A stretch of 50,282 nucleotides of DNA, taken from NCBI GenBank assembly GCA_021163645.1, contig JAGGTN010000020.1:1-50282 (forward strand). Direction: 5' to 3'. The notes beneath the pieces were generated by a model. It had not been told where the DNA came from. It saw only the letters and a list, made by a program, of their open reading frames with translations, and searched no databases. This document shows positions 31,342 through 41,345 of this stretch, one piece after another (the stretch's first letter is position 1; each line of letters begins with the position of its first letter). This DNA is from Candidatus Micrarchaeota archaeon (GTDB taxonomy: Archaea; Micrarchaeota; Micrarchaeia; Anstonellales; JAGGTN01). The position numbers and the translations under genes were made by a program.

Positions 31342-32902
31342 TATTAAGTTTAGTTTATTCTTACTTAGCTTATTGTTAATTTTTATGATAAGCCCATCTT
31401 ATGCCCAAGAATCCTTTGCGGTTGAAGGAGTAATTTATTCTCGTCCCTTAGTAAATGATAATGTATTGATTCTGGGCACAGATGAATACTTATATGCGTA
31501 TGATCTTAAACTCGACAAACTTATCTGGAGTATCAATATAAATGTAGATAAATTATTCATCAGTAATGGATATGTAATTGTCTCTGGGGATGGCGGAGTA
31601 ACAGTCATTGATGCCAATGGGAATCCAATAAAAACATTCGCTAAGAGTGAGGTCAATACTTATCAAGATCTTATTTATTTGATGCGTAATGATAGAATAT
31701 ATGTTTATGGTACGAAAAATGATTTCATAGAAATTAGAAATTTTTCTCTGTCAGATTATGGATTAAGTGATTGTGATAAATTAATCATAAGTGATGGAGA
31801 GTTATTGGTCAGATGTGATAATACACTTTTTAATACATTGACTCGCACGTCAACAGATGTATCAGGATGTGGAAAGTTATTTTCCGTCAAGGGTAGGGTA
31901 ATATGTTATGATAATTATGATATCACTTTATACTCTGCCAATCTTAGTATAATTAAAAGTAAATATGTTAATGGCAAGATAATTGATTATGGTTATTTTG
32001 ATAACAGAATATTCTTTACATTGAGCGATAATTCGATTTTGCTTATGGATATCAATGGTAATACAATCTGGAAAACATCAATACCACTTGTAACTCAGGC
32101 AATTCATATTGATGATTATTTTATTGTTGGTTCAAAAAAAGATAAATTATATTATCTGGATAAGAATGGTATTTTAACGTTTGAATATCCAGTAGATGAT
32201 TGGGTAGATTATATTATCTCTGATGGATCTAAATTGATTTATGTCACACATGATAATGTGGTTCATATAAATGATTATGGTTATTTATGCTATATCAAAG
32301 AGCCGATTAGCCATTCAATAGTTGGAAGCGCACCATTGCATATTAAGGCGATAGCATTCTTAAAAAATGACCGTATGCCATCATTATCCCTGGATAATAA
32401 TATTATTCATTATTCGATAAATCGTACTGGTAATCAGACATATGTGTATGCTCTGGATGCGATAACATCTATGTATAATCTGTCTTTAGGCGAACATCAA
32501 ATTGCATGTTTATTAAATAATGATACTCTATATAGTGTTAAGTTTTTCAAATCAGATAAAGTTCTGAGGGACCTTAAAGTTAGGTATTCACCAGAATCTG
32601 CTGAACAGAATGAGCCCGTTCATGTCTATGGTTATGATGAGAAAGGGTTCCAGGTACCAATATCTATTGAGGGGTTTGGTAGTGGGTATGATGTTGTTGT
32701 TAGGTTTGAACATTCTGGGAGCAATGTTATCACTGTTAAATCAAATGGGTATTATAATACTACTGTAACTATCCAAGTCAAGAAGACACCAGATAATATG
32801 AAATATATGTATTATATCATTGGAATAATAATTGTTTTCATCATAGCATACATATTAAACAAACGGAGTTTAAGAAGAACAAAAATTAAATATGAAATAT
32901 AA
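31310..32902 (+). CDS. Secreted, C-terminally membrane-anchored protein with PQQ/BamB-like beta-propeller repeats
   Basis: Signal peptide FSLFLLSLLLIFMISPSYAQE. Repeats of the type LYAYDLKLDKLIWS, ILLMDINGNTIWKT, KLYYLDKNGILTFEY. C-terminal helix YMYYIIGIIIVFIIAYIL plus a basic tail. Overlaps the end of rpl11. Confidence 0.5.
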   Translation: MENMTPCFLNDIKFSLFLLSLLLIFMISPSYAQESFAVEGVIYSRPLVNDNVLILGTDEYLYAYDLKLDKLIWSININVDKLFISNGYVIVSGDGGVTVIDANGNPIKTFAKSEVNTYQDLIYLMRNDRIYVYGTKNDFIEIRNFSLSDYGLSDCDKLIISDGELLVRCDNTLFNTLTRTSTDVSGCGKLFSVKGRVICYDNYDITLYSANLSIIKSKYVNGKIIDYGYFDNRIFFTLSDNSILLMDINGNTIWKTSIPLVTQAIHIDDYFIVGSKKDKLYYLDKNGILTFEYPVDDWVDYIISDGSKLIYVTHDNVVHINDYGYLCYIKEPISHSIVGSAPLHIKAIAFLKNDRMPSLSLDNNIIHYSINRTGNQTYVYALDAITSMYNLSLGEHQIACLLNNDTLYSVKFFKSDKVLRDLKVRYSPESAEQNEPVHVYGYDEKGFQVPISIEGFGSGYDVVVRFEHSGSNVITVKSNGYYNTTVTIQVKKTPDNMKYMYYIIGIIIVFIIAYILNKRSLRRTKIKYEI

Positions 32903-32918
32903 TCCGATAAAGGATAGA

Positions 32919-33371
32919 TTAGATATTTTCATCTGATTTCTTGAATAACTTAACCATATCTACCTTGATCGTTACTGGGATGGGCACTGCCGCTTCTACC
33001 AATTCTACTGTAATTTCATCTTTTGACTCATCAAGTCTTTTTACCATTGCCTTTTCGCCCTTAAATGGTCCACTAATTATTTCAACTATATCTGACTTTG
33101 ATATCTTTGCAATCGGACTCTTGGCTGCTTCTATGAGGTCTGCAATTTCTTTAATATCTACTTTTTTATCCAAAATGCCCCTTATATGCGATAAACCTTT
33201 AACGACGTTTTTTATCGTACTTGACTTATCACTTTCAACTATGATATAACCTTTAAGCCCATCAAATACTGCAATACTATATATAGGAGCAGGTTGTTTC
33301 CTGACTTTGTTATATATCATTTCAGCAACAACCTTCTCCTGACCAGAAGTTACTCTTAATGCAAATAACAT
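32919..33371 (-). CDS. spt5: Transcription elongation factor Spt5 (NusG homolog)
   Basis: NGN domain MLFALRVTSGQEKVVAEM..KGYIIVES, and KOW motif DIVEIISGPFKGEKAMVKRLDESKDEITVEL. Confidence 0.85.
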   Translation of the reverse strand: MLFALRVTSGQEKVVAEMIYNKVRKQPAPIYSIAVFDGLKGYIIVESDKSSTIKNVVKGLSHIRGILDKKVDIKEIADLIEAAKSPIAKISKSDIVEIISGPFKGEKAMVKRLDESKDEITVELVEAAVPIPVTIKVDMVKLFKKSDENI

Positions 33372-33416
33372 AGTATCCCTCTTATTTTTGTTTATTTATT
33401 CTATTTCTTTGGATAA

Positions 33417-33584
33417 TTAAATAATCGTTTTGAATATTAAATATATCACTGCTCCAATTACTCCTATCAATATCATTCCCAATCCAGTCACATATGCGGT
33501 TTGTTTGAACTCACTCCAAGTAGGTTTATAGAAAGCATAAAATACCTTACGGGACTGACGGATAAATCCTAGTATATCTATCAT
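33417..33584 (-). CDS. secE: Preprotein translocase subunit SecE (Sec61 gamma)
   Basis: My own translation (55 aa): MIDILGFIRQSRKVFYAFYKPTWSEFKQTAYVTGLGMILIGVIGAVIYLIFKTII. Position between ftsZ and spt5. Confidence 0.75.
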   Translation of the reverse strand: MIDILGFIRQSRKVFYAFYKPTWSEFKQTAYVTGLGMILIGVIGAVIYLIFKTII

Positions 33585-33640
33585 AAATCATCACCAATTA
33601 ATTCTTTGTCTTTACTTTTGCTCCTTTCCTGTATCTTAAT

Positions 33641-34723
33641 CTATGCTAACATATCCAAATCAAGGTCCATATCAGATGGTTGTGATATGATATCTTTAAG
33701 CTCATATTTAGGCATTTTAGCACCTGCGATTACGACAAGAACCTTGAGTGCGTATCGTTTAAGGTTCTTTTCTATCCTTGCACCCCAAATGATATGCGAT
33801 GACGGGCTAATGCGTTTAGCCGTTTCACTAACCATCATCTCTGCCTCCTTAAGTGACATGTCTTCACCACCAATCACATTAATTAAGGCCCTGTCAGCTG
33901 AGGTAATATCAACATCCAATAAAGGTGATGTTAAAGCTGTTTCAATAGCTATCATTGCTCTCTCTTCTGGCTTAGCATCAACAGATGCTTCACCGACGCC
34001 AATGACAGCATTACCTGCATCTTTTAATATTGTTTTAAGGTCTGCGAAATCTAAGTTAACCATACCAGGTTTTGTTATCAATTCTGCTATGCCCTTAACA
34101 GAACTCGTCAATACCTCATCAGATACTTTAAATGCAGTGTTCAAAGGGAGGTCTGGTGCGATGTGGAGTAGTTTATCATTAGGAATAATTATCAATGTAT
34201 CAACATATTTTTTCAGTTTATCAATTCCGGTTAATGCGTTCTGCATACGTGTCCTTCCTTCTGATGTGAACGGTAATGTTACAACAGCGACTGTCAGAGC
34301 TCCCATACTCTTAGCAACTTCAGCGATGATTGGTGCACTTCCTGTGCCTGTTCCACCACCCATGCCACATGTTATAAATACCATACTTGCATCTATTATA
34401 CTTCTTTTTATCTCCTCGATAGATTCTTTTGCTGCCTGTTCGCCAATATCTGGATTGCTCCCAGCACCGCGTCCTTTTGTTAGTTTTCGCCCGATTAATA
34501 TCTTCTTATCAGCTTTAATTTTAAGAAGATGTTGGACATCTGTATTTACTGCATAATATTTGACCCCTTCTATTCCTACCTCTACCATTCGGTTGAGTGT
34601 GTTGCATCCACTTCCACCAGTTCCGATAACATATATCTTAGGCTTGCTTTCTTCAAGTATCTTTAACAGTTCTTCATCTTCTTTTGAGATTACTATCTCT
34701 TCGGGCGGCTGTTCGATTTCCAC
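33641..34723 (-). CDS. ftsZ: Cell division protein FtsZ
   Basis: Tubulin signature FITCGMGGGTGTGSAPIIAEVAK, plus VIGTGGSGCNTLNRM, NTDVQHL, GRGAGSNPDIG. Confidence 0.95.
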   Translation of the reverse strand: MEIEQPPEEIVISKEDEELLKILEESKPKIYVIGTGGSGCNTLNRMVEVGIEGVKYYAVNTDVQHLLKIKADKKILIGRKLTKGRGAGSNPDIGEQAAKESIEEIKRSIIDASMVFITCGMGGGTGTGSAPIIAEVAKSMGALTVAVVTLPFTSEGRTRMQNALTGIDKLKKYVDTLIIIPNDKLLHIAPDLPLNTAFKVSDEVLTSSVKGIAELITKPGMVNLDFADLKTILKDAGNAVIGVGEASVDAKPEERAMIAIETALTSPLLDVDITSADRALINVIGGEDMSLKEAEMMVSETAKRISPSSHIIWGARIEKNLKRYALKVLVVIAGAKMPKYELKDIISQPSDMDLDLDMLA

Positions 34724-35113
34724 TGCTATCTCCTCACTTATCTCATTTAATTCTATCTTTAAGTTTTCATTTATTTCTTTTATTTATTTTCTATTCTATT
34801 AAGTATATCTTCTATTAAATATTAAACCTTAAATATATTATAGTTAAATAAAAGTAATAATTTAAAAAGGCTTGCATCCTCTTATTGTGTGGGAATCTTT
34901 TTAATTGTTTATAAGGTAATCATAGAAGTAGGTAGCTCAGATAAAAATTTATCAGCATCTTTCTATATTTTCAAATTAACTCACACATTCTGATTTACGA
35001 TAGATTTTTAAATATATCTCTTTTAAATATATCTGATTATGATATATCCAAAAAAAATAGAGTGATTTTTTAATTATGAAGAAATAATTCTGTTGTCTTA
35101 TGGGTGTGATAAG

Positions 35114-35476
35114 ATGGATAAAAATTTTAAGGTATCAAGATTAAGTAATAAGTTTAAGAAGCAGATATTCAGTTCTCATTCTGCTTTTATTATATGGTTA
35201 TTATCTGATAATCCTATGAGCGGGTATCAGATCGTTAAGATAGTTCGTGATGATGGAATGTCAATTGGATATGCCCAAGTGTATCCTTTCTTAGATTTAA
35301 TGAAGCAAAAGGGATTGCTCACATGCCGGGAAAAATATACTGGCAAACGAAAAAAAAAGATTTATAGTGTGACTAAAAAAGGAATGAGATTATTAAATTT
35401 TTTTAAGCAGGAGATGATTACTCCTCTTAAAAAGAGATATCTGAAATTTTTGTTAGGTATTGATGGAGATGGTTAA
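35114..35476 (+). CDS. PadR-family transcriptional regulator
   Basis: FIIWLLSDNPMSGYQIVKIVRDDGMSIGYAQVYPFLDLMKQKGLLTCRE..KKKIYSVTKKGMRLL matches the PadR winged-helix pattern. Confidence 0.75.
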   Translation: MDKNFKVSRLSNKFKKQIFSSHSAFIIWLLSDNPMSGYQIVKIVRDDGMSIGYAQVYPFLDLMKQKGLLTCREKYTGKRKKKIYSVTKKGMRLLNFFKQEMITPLKKRYLKFLLGIDGDG

Positions 35477-36257
35477 GTTGAGAAGGATAGTATTGGAGCT
35501 TAAAAACGTATCAAAAAGATACCTGATGGGAGAAACATATGTAGATGCAATCAAGGATGTATCATTAAGGGTTCATGAGAATGAGTTCATATCTATCATT
35601 GGCCCAAGTGGAAGTGGGAAGTCTACATTATTGAGTATTATGGGTCTTTTGACCCAGCCGACCCATGGTGCTGTTTTTATTGATGGAATTAATGTCTCTA
35701 ATATGAATAAGGATAAGATAGCAGAAATAAGGGGCAAAAAGATAGGTTTTGTTTTTCAATCATTTAATTTGATTCCTTCCTTAACTGTGCTTGAAAATGT
35801 TACTGTCCCAATGATGTTTCTTGGAGTGAATAGACGCGAGCGGGAAGAAAGAGCAAAAGAAATAATACGAGAAGTAGGATTATCTTTTCGTATGTATCAT
35901 TTTCCTAATCAGTTAAGTGGAGGCGAACGTCAGCGTGTTGCAATAGCACGTGCGTTAGCGAATGATCCCTCTGTTATACTTGCCGATGAGCCAACGGGCA
36001 ATCTTGATTCACAATCAGGTGAAGAGATAGTTAATATTTTCAAAAACCTGCACAGGAAAGGTAGGACAATGGTTATGGTTACGCATGATGAAGACATTGC
36101 ACATGCGTCTAAGAAATTAATCCATATCAAAGATGGAACGATAAGCAAAACCGTTTCCGTTGGCAATAAGAGAATGATGATTGAGAAACAGGTAATAAAG
36201 AAGAAAAACAAGAGAGTAAAAAAAAATAAAAAAGAAAATTATGAAAGAATGAAATAA
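35463..36257 (+). CDS. ABC transporter ATP-binding protein (MacB/LolD-type)
   Basis: Walker A GPSGSGKST, signature LSGGERQRVAIARAL, Walker B ILADEPTGNLD. Overlaps the padR-like stop. Confidence 0.9.
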   Translation: MEMVKLRRIVLELKNVSKRYLMGETYVDAIKDVSLRVHENEFISIIGPSGSGKSTLLSIMGLLTQPTHGAVFIDGINVSNMNKDKIAEIRGKKIGFVFQSFNLIPSLTVLENVTVPMMFLGVNRREREERAKEIIREVGLSFRMYHFPNQLSGGERQRVAIARALANDPSVILADEPTGNLDSQSGEEIVNIFKNLHRKGRTMVMVTHDEDIAHASKKLIHIKDGTISKTVSVGNKRMMIEKQVIKKKNKRVKKNKKENYERMK

Positions 36258-36270
36258 GGAGGTTTTTGAA

Positions 36271-37872
36271 ATGAGTGATAGAAACAAGAAAAATAAAATC
36301 AATATTAAATACAACTATAAATCCAGTAATATCTTGTATATATTTTTTGTTATGTTGAGTTTGATGATGTTTGTCAGTGCTGATATAAGTGTTTCTTCAT
36401 ATACAGTAAACCCAAATCCATGCCATCCTGGGACATCAGGAGCCATATCATTGACATTAGCTAATCTTGGCACTAATCTTGTTAAGGATATAAATGTGTT
36501 TGTGAGCACTAGCCAAAGGATATCTACACACACTAACATCTATGTTGGCGACCTTCAATCATCTGGCCAGACAGTTGTTAATATCCCTTTTAAGGTTGAT
36601 GATGATACCAATCCTGGTGTTTATACATTGAGATTAAGAATAAAAGGAAATGAAGTAGATTATTCTCAAAATATTGATGAACGCATGGTTTCAAGATATA
36701 TTGATATCCCTCTTTATGTTATCGACCCGCCAAAGATGTCAGTATCAGCGCCGATGATAGTTGTAAATAAAGACACCAAATCAAATGTATCAATATCAAT
36801 AACGAATGAAGGAGGTAACGCAAAAGACGTTGTCATATCTCCAGAATGTGATAATGTTATTTTTTACAATGATAATCCAATATATTTATTTGATGTAAAT
36901 AAGAATAACACTGAATCGATTAATCTTTTATTCAAGGTTACTAACGATGCACCAGCGGGTGAATTGGCATGCCCGTTAATCATCACATCAACTGATTCTT
37001 TAGGATATAATTATAATCAAACTGCCAAAATTTATTTTACTGTTAAGGATAGGACGTCTAATTTTATGGTGGTTAGTCATAACAAGTATTTATCACCAGG
37101 GAATTCAGAGCAGTTAAGTTTGACTATCAGTAATCTAGGCGAAGAGCCAGAATATAATGTGAAGATTAGTTTTGATGATAATGATGTATTTATACCCCAA
37201 TCATCACAGTTTGATATTGGAAGGGAGTTATCACCAGGGGAGTCAAAAACAATAATCACAAATGTGGGCGTGTCAGAAGTGGCACCAGGTTATTACTCCA
37301 TCCCGGTGACGATAAGTTATGAAGATGCTCTGGGGAGACAGATGAGCGAGACAGAATCATTTATACAGCAGGTTTCATCTGAAGGGGTGATTAAGATATT
37401 CATTGAGTCAGATAAGGTTCCTATATATGAAGGAGGAGAATATACCTTTTCTGTTAAGGTGTCAAATGTAGGCATATCCCAGGTTAAGTCTTTAATGTTG
37501 CGTGTTAATGATTCTGATGATCAATACATTATTTTATTAGGCGCGCAATCAGAACAATACATTGGTACTTTAGATGCTGATGATTTCAGTTCCGTGCAGT
37601 ATGATGTTTTTGTTAGTAAAGGAATAACATCAAATGCGCCAAAGGAAATACTGATTCCATTTGAAATAGAATATCTTGATAGTTTTAATAACTATCACTC
37701 CGAATACATCACGGTTCCTGTAAAAATATACCCGCGTGAGATGATGGTGCTTTTCAATGGCCATGATGCAAATATCTGGTGGTATTATGTTGCAGCTATT
37801 GTGCTTGTTTTGATAATTATTTATTGGTTTTACAGGAGAAAGAAACATAAAAAAATTGGAAAGCAAGAATGA
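36271..37872 (+). CDS. Secreted CARDB/COG1361-like repeat protein with a C-terminal membrane anchor
   Basis: Hydrophobic N-terminus. Repeated x-V-x-I/V-x-N-x-G..a.nV units (ISLTLANLGTNLVKDINV, VSISITNEGGNAKDVVI, LSLTISNLGEEPEYNVKI, FSVKVSNVGISQVKSLML). C-terminal helix WYYVAAIVLVLIIIYWF plus RRKKHKK. Confidence 0.6.
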   Translation: MSDRNKKNKINIKYNYKSSNILYIFFVMLSLMMFVSADISVSSYTVNPNPCHPGTSGAISLTLANLGTNLVKDINVFVSTSQRISTHTNIYVGDLQSSGQTVVNIPFKVDDDTNPGVYTLRLRIKGNEVDYSQNIDERMVSRYIDIPLYVIDPPKMSVSAPMIVVNKDTKSNVSISITNEGGNAKDVVISPECDNVIFYNDNPIYLFDVNKNNTESINLLFKVTNDAPAGELACPLIITSTDSLGYNYNQTAKIYFTVKDRTSNFMVVSHNKYLSPGNSEQLSLTISNLGEEPEYNVKISFDDNDVFIPQSSQFDIGRELSPGESKTIITNVGVSEVAPGYYSIPVTISYEDALGRQMSETESFIQQVSSEGVIKIFIESDKVPIYEGGEYTFSVKVSNVGISQVKSLMLRVNDSDDQYIILLGAQSEQYIGTLDADDFSSVQYDVFVSKGITSNAPKEILIPFEIEYLDSFNNYHSEYITVPVKIYPREMMVLFNGHDANIWWYYVAAIVLVLIIIYWFYRRKKHKKIGKQE

Positions 37873-37956
37873 AAATTAAAATAAGCATAAATAAAAATAT
37901 AGAAAAGGAAACCAAATTAAAAGCCAAAATAAATTTGAAAAATAAAAAATCATGTG

Positions 37957-39168
37957 ATGTACATGCTCTATTTAGATATGTTTAAATATATTATTCGTTC
38001 GCTGATTCATCGTGGGGTGCGCACATGGCTCACAGTTATTGGTATAGTGATAGGTATAATTGCTATTGTTATGCTGATATCAATTGCACAGGGTCTTAAC
38101 AATGATGTTATGGCTCGTTTGAGAACGTTTGGGACAGATAATATTATTATCTCTCCTGGTAAAGCGATGAGCGGGTTTTCTGCTGGAAGAAATTTTGCAC
38201 CCACAACAGGTAAACTCTTTATGAATGATTATGATAGTGTTAAGTCATTGCCCGAAGTTGATAAGTCAGGATATAGTATTACCAGTTCTATGATGAATAT
38301 CAATTATAAAGGGTATGATACTAAGATGAATATTATTGGTATATCTAGAGATGCATTTGATATAGGATATGCTGGATATGAAATCGAAAAGGGTCGCCTT
38401 ATTAAGGATAGTGATAGAGGAGTTGTTGTCATTGGTCATTCGGTTGCTTATGATATTTTTGATGATGCTCTTTGTCTTGGTTCTAAGATGAAGATAAATG
38501 GTAAGACATTTAGGGTAATAGGGATTTTAAAAAAAAGTAGTAGAATGGGTGGTGATAATCTTATCATCATGTCTCTGGATGACGCTGATGCGCTGACTAA
38601 AACATTTCGTCTTAAGAATGAAATATCTGCGATATATCTCAGGGCGATTAATGAGAATGTAGTGGATAGATTAGAAGAAAAAGTCCATGAACGATTGCGT
38701 TCTTTACATAAAGTGGGTAAAGATAATGAGGATTTTACTGTGGTATCTGCTAAGTTTTATATGAATTCGGCTAAAACCATTTTAGGTTATTTAACGTTAT
38801 TTTTGGGTGTGGTAGCCGGGGTATCATTGGTTGTTGGTGGGATTGGTATTGCCAATGCTATGTTTATGTCTGTTACAGAACGTATTCCAGAGATAGGAAT
38901 CCTGAAATCAATCGGTGCTAAGGATAAGGATATATTAGATATGTTTCTTATTGAAGGAGGTCTAATAGGTCTTGTGGGTGGAGTGATAGGTGTTATTGTT
39001 TCATTGTTGCTGGCTCGAGTTGTGGGGATATGGATAAGTATTGATGTTACGTATTGGATAGTGTTGTTTAGCTTATTATTTTCTTTTGTATTGGGTTTAT
39101 TTGCAAGTTATCTCCCTGCAAGACAGGCTTCACGGCTTGATGTTTTAGATGCCTTAGGTAGAAGATAA
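37957..39168 (+). CDS. ABC transporter permease, MacB/FtsX family (paralog 1)
   Basis: N-terminal helix RTWLTVIGIVIGIIAIVMLISI, a ~230-aa extracytoplasmic MacB-type domain, and an FtsX C-terminal 3-TM domain with ERIPEIGILKSIGAKDKDI. Confidence 0.85.
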   Translation: MYMLYLDMFKYIIRSLIHRGVRTWLTVIGIVIGIIAIVMLISIAQGLNNDVMARLRTFGTDNIIISPGKAMSGFSAGRNFAPTTGKLFMNDYDSVKSLPEVDKSGYSITSSMMNINYKGYDTKMNIIGISRDAFDIGYAGYEIEKGRLIKDSDRGVVVIGHSVAYDIFDDALCLGSKMKINGKTFRVIGILKKSSRMGGDNLIIMSLDDADALTKTFRLKNEISAIYLRAINENVVDRLEEKVHERLRSLHKVGKDNEDFTVVSAKFYMNSAKTILGYLTLFLGVVAGVSLVVGGIGIANAMFMSVTERIPEIGILKSIGAKDKDILDMFLIEGGLIGLVGGVIGVIVSLLLARVVGIWISIDVTYWIVLFSLLFSFVLGLFASYLPARQASRLDVLDALGRR

Positions 39169-39245
39169 CGAGAAAATAATGGAAAACAAAATAGGCATAA
39201 GGAAAAAAATAATTTAACATGAAATAAATATGGAGATTGATATTA

Positions 39246-40463
39246 ATGATTTTTGATTTATTTGAGTATTCGTTTAATGGCCTAAAACGCCGTAAGATAA
39301 GGACATGGCTTACTTTGATAGCGATAATCATAGGTGTATCTCTTGTTATCGCACTTGTTTCTATTGGTGATGGTCTGAAATATAATATCAATCAGGAACT
39401 GGATAAATTTGGCGTAGGAAACATAATTATTATACCCGGTAGTTCTGAGAAAACGATGCAATCTGCAATGGGGCCTAATGGTCAGTTGATATTACAGGAT
39501 CATTTATGGGATAAAGATGTTGATATGTTGAAATCACTTCCAGGGATTGAATCTGTTGATTCAATGGTAATAACTGGTTCAACAACGATCACATTTAGAG
39601 GAAAGCAAGTAACCTCACCAGTATATGGTTTTAGTTCTACACATCTGTTTGATTATCTGAAAACCTACTCAATTGAGAAAGGGAGAAATATTAAACCAGG
39701 AGATAAACATGTTGCTGTGCTTGGATATGGATTTGCTAATGATTTGTTCGATGAAAAACTCGATGTAGGTTCTAAGATATACATAAATGGTGTTAGGTAT
39801 CGTGTCATAGGAATATTGAGTGAGATAGGGGGGATAAGTGGTAATAGTGATGATTCTGTAATATATGTTCCTTATGATGAAGCTGTTGACATGGCTGGGA
39901 ATAGATTGCTTAAAGGCGAGGTTTCTGTGATTTATGTGCATACAAATGGTGATATTGATAAAATGGTTGAAAGGATAAGAGGAGCCATTAGAAATTCACA
40001 TAAGTTGGGTAATGAAGAAGATGATTTCACAATCATAACAGCTGAATTTGTCAAACATAAAGTAGATTCTATACTAAATGCAATCACAGTATTTCTAGGT
40101 TTTATCTCTGGGATATCTCTATTTGTTGGTGGTATCGGTATTATGAATACCATGTATATGGTGATAATTGAGAGAACCAGAGAGATAGGAACACTCAAAG
40201 CAATCGGTGCTAAGGATAAGGATATCATGACTGCTTTTGTAATTGAGAGCACTTTGCTTGGATTGATCGGTGGGGTAATAGGGATATGTCTTGGGTTGAT
40301 TTTTAGTAATGTTATAGCAATGTTTGGGTTATATTCTACTGTGGATATTGAATTGATTCTCATCACCCTATCTATTGCGGTAATACTTGGTGTAATAGCA
40401 GGGATTATCCCTGCTATGCGTGTACTCAAGATGGATCCTGCTGATGCTTTGAGATATGAATGA
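39246..40463 (+). CDS. ABC transporter permease, MacB/FtsX family (paralog 2)
   Basis: Same architecture as paralog 1: RTWLTLIAIIIGVSLVIALVSI and ERTREIGTLKAIGAKDKDI. Confidence 0.85.
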   Translation: MIFDLFEYSFNGLKRRKIRTWLTLIAIIIGVSLVIALVSIGDGLKYNINQELDKFGVGNIIIIPGSSEKTMQSAMGPNGQLILQDHLWDKDVDMLKSLPGIESVDSMVITGSTTITFRGKQVTSPVYGFSSTHLFDYLKTYSIEKGRNIKPGDKHVAVLGYGFANDLFDEKLDVGSKIYINGVRYRVIGILSEIGGISGNSDDSVIYVPYDEAVDMAGNRLLKGEVSVIYVHTNGDIDKMVERIRGAIRNSHKLGNEEDDFTIITAEFVKHKVDSILNAITVFLGFISGISLFVGGIGIMNTMYMVIIERTREIGTLKAIGAKDKDIMTAFVIESTLLGLIGGVIGICLGLIFSNVIAMFGLYSTVDIELILITLSIAVILGVIAGIIPAMRVLKMDPADALRYE

Positions 40464-40598
40464 TAACGAAAATCTAATTTATTCTAAATTCAAAATACTA
40501 AACCCACTCATTTTACCTTTTATCTATCTATTTTAATCTTTTTCAAGATTATAGCAAGGATTAAATATCTTACTTTCTTTCTATTAGTGGTGATTATT

Positions 40599-41333
40599 AT
40601 GCATGATAGGTTGTCTAAACTCTTCAAGGAAACAAATGCATCATTTATGAAGAATTTGGATAAAGTAATTCTTTTCTCAATACCTATGCTCGTTGCGTTC
40701 ATTATACCTTATCTTGTGAGTCTCCCTACATTTCCAGCTATTGGCGGTATATTTCTTAGATTAGGCAGTCTACCAGATATTACTAGTATAGATATCGGTA
40801 TCATGGTCTTGTCATACTTAGTATCGTTATATTTGATGTCGTGGGTAATAGTCAGTATTAATATAATCATTAAGTCTCAAAGGACAAATATCAATATCAA
40901 GAAAGAGGTCATTAAGGGTATGAAGGGATATACATTAAACATGTTTTTCTTATACTTATTGATGACTTTGATTTGGTTTGCTGTGCAATTGATAACCTAT
41001 GATATTGCTTATCGCAATGTGATCACTCCTTTGTTAATCTTTCTCATAGTCGTGCCATTTTTCTACGCGCCATCAGCACTCGTTATAGATAAGGTCTCAC
41101 CTGAAAAGGCAGTATATCGTTCTGTAAAGCATGTTATTAGAAAACCTTTGTTATTTATCTTATGGCTTGTTGTTGGAGTAATTATGTTATCTGTATTAGA
41201 CTTAGTATTGTATGCAGTTGTACCCGACTATGCAGCATGGTTATTCCTGATAATCAATTCATTGTTAATCTCACCTTATCTGATCGTACTACAGATAAAT
41301 ATGTATATATCAAAATATAGTATTATCGGTTGA
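40599..41333 (+). CDS. Polytopic membrane protein, hypothetical
   Basis: About six hydrophobic segments by eye. No family recognised. Confidence 0.5.
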   Translation: MHDRLSKLFKETNASFMKNLDKVILFSIPMLVAFIIPYLVSLPTFPAIGGIFLRLGSLPDITSIDIGIMVLSYLVSLYLMSWVIVSINIIIKSQRTNINIKKEVIKGMKGYTLNMFFLYLLMTLIWFAVQLITYDIAYRNVITPLLIFLIVVPFFYAPSALVIDKVSPEKAVYRSVKHVIRKPLLFILWLVVGVIMLSVLDLVLYAVVPDYAAWLFLIINSLLISPYLIVLQINMYISKYSIIG

Positions 41334-41345
41334 TGGGATGATTAT

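Noticed and set aside
33606-34556. 316-aa plus-strand ORF.
   Set aside because: It is fully antisense to ftsZ, whose identity is unambiguous. Its translation is Ser/Leu/Ile-rich mirror-frame noise. The same applies to 29077..29745 (antisense to rps3ae), 30600..31325 (antisense to rpl11 and overlapping tRNA-Leu), 39932..40429 (antisense to the FtsX permease) and 32941..33249 (antisense to spt5).
13167-40599. Upstream GTG/TTG start codons proposed by the ORF track for hsp20 (13167), pyrH (14464), rps3ae (29735), rpl11 (30850), ligase (16436), the DUF763-like gene (18521), the TrmB-like gene (24547), the padR-like gene (35093), the ABC ATPase (35460), both permeases (37954, 39237) and the membrane protein (40587).
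   Set aside because: In several cases the GTG lies inside the GGTGA-type ribosome-binding site that serves a downstream ATG. In others a TATA-like box sits ~25 nt before the downstream ATG. The downstream ATGs were used instead, but the starts remain unverified.
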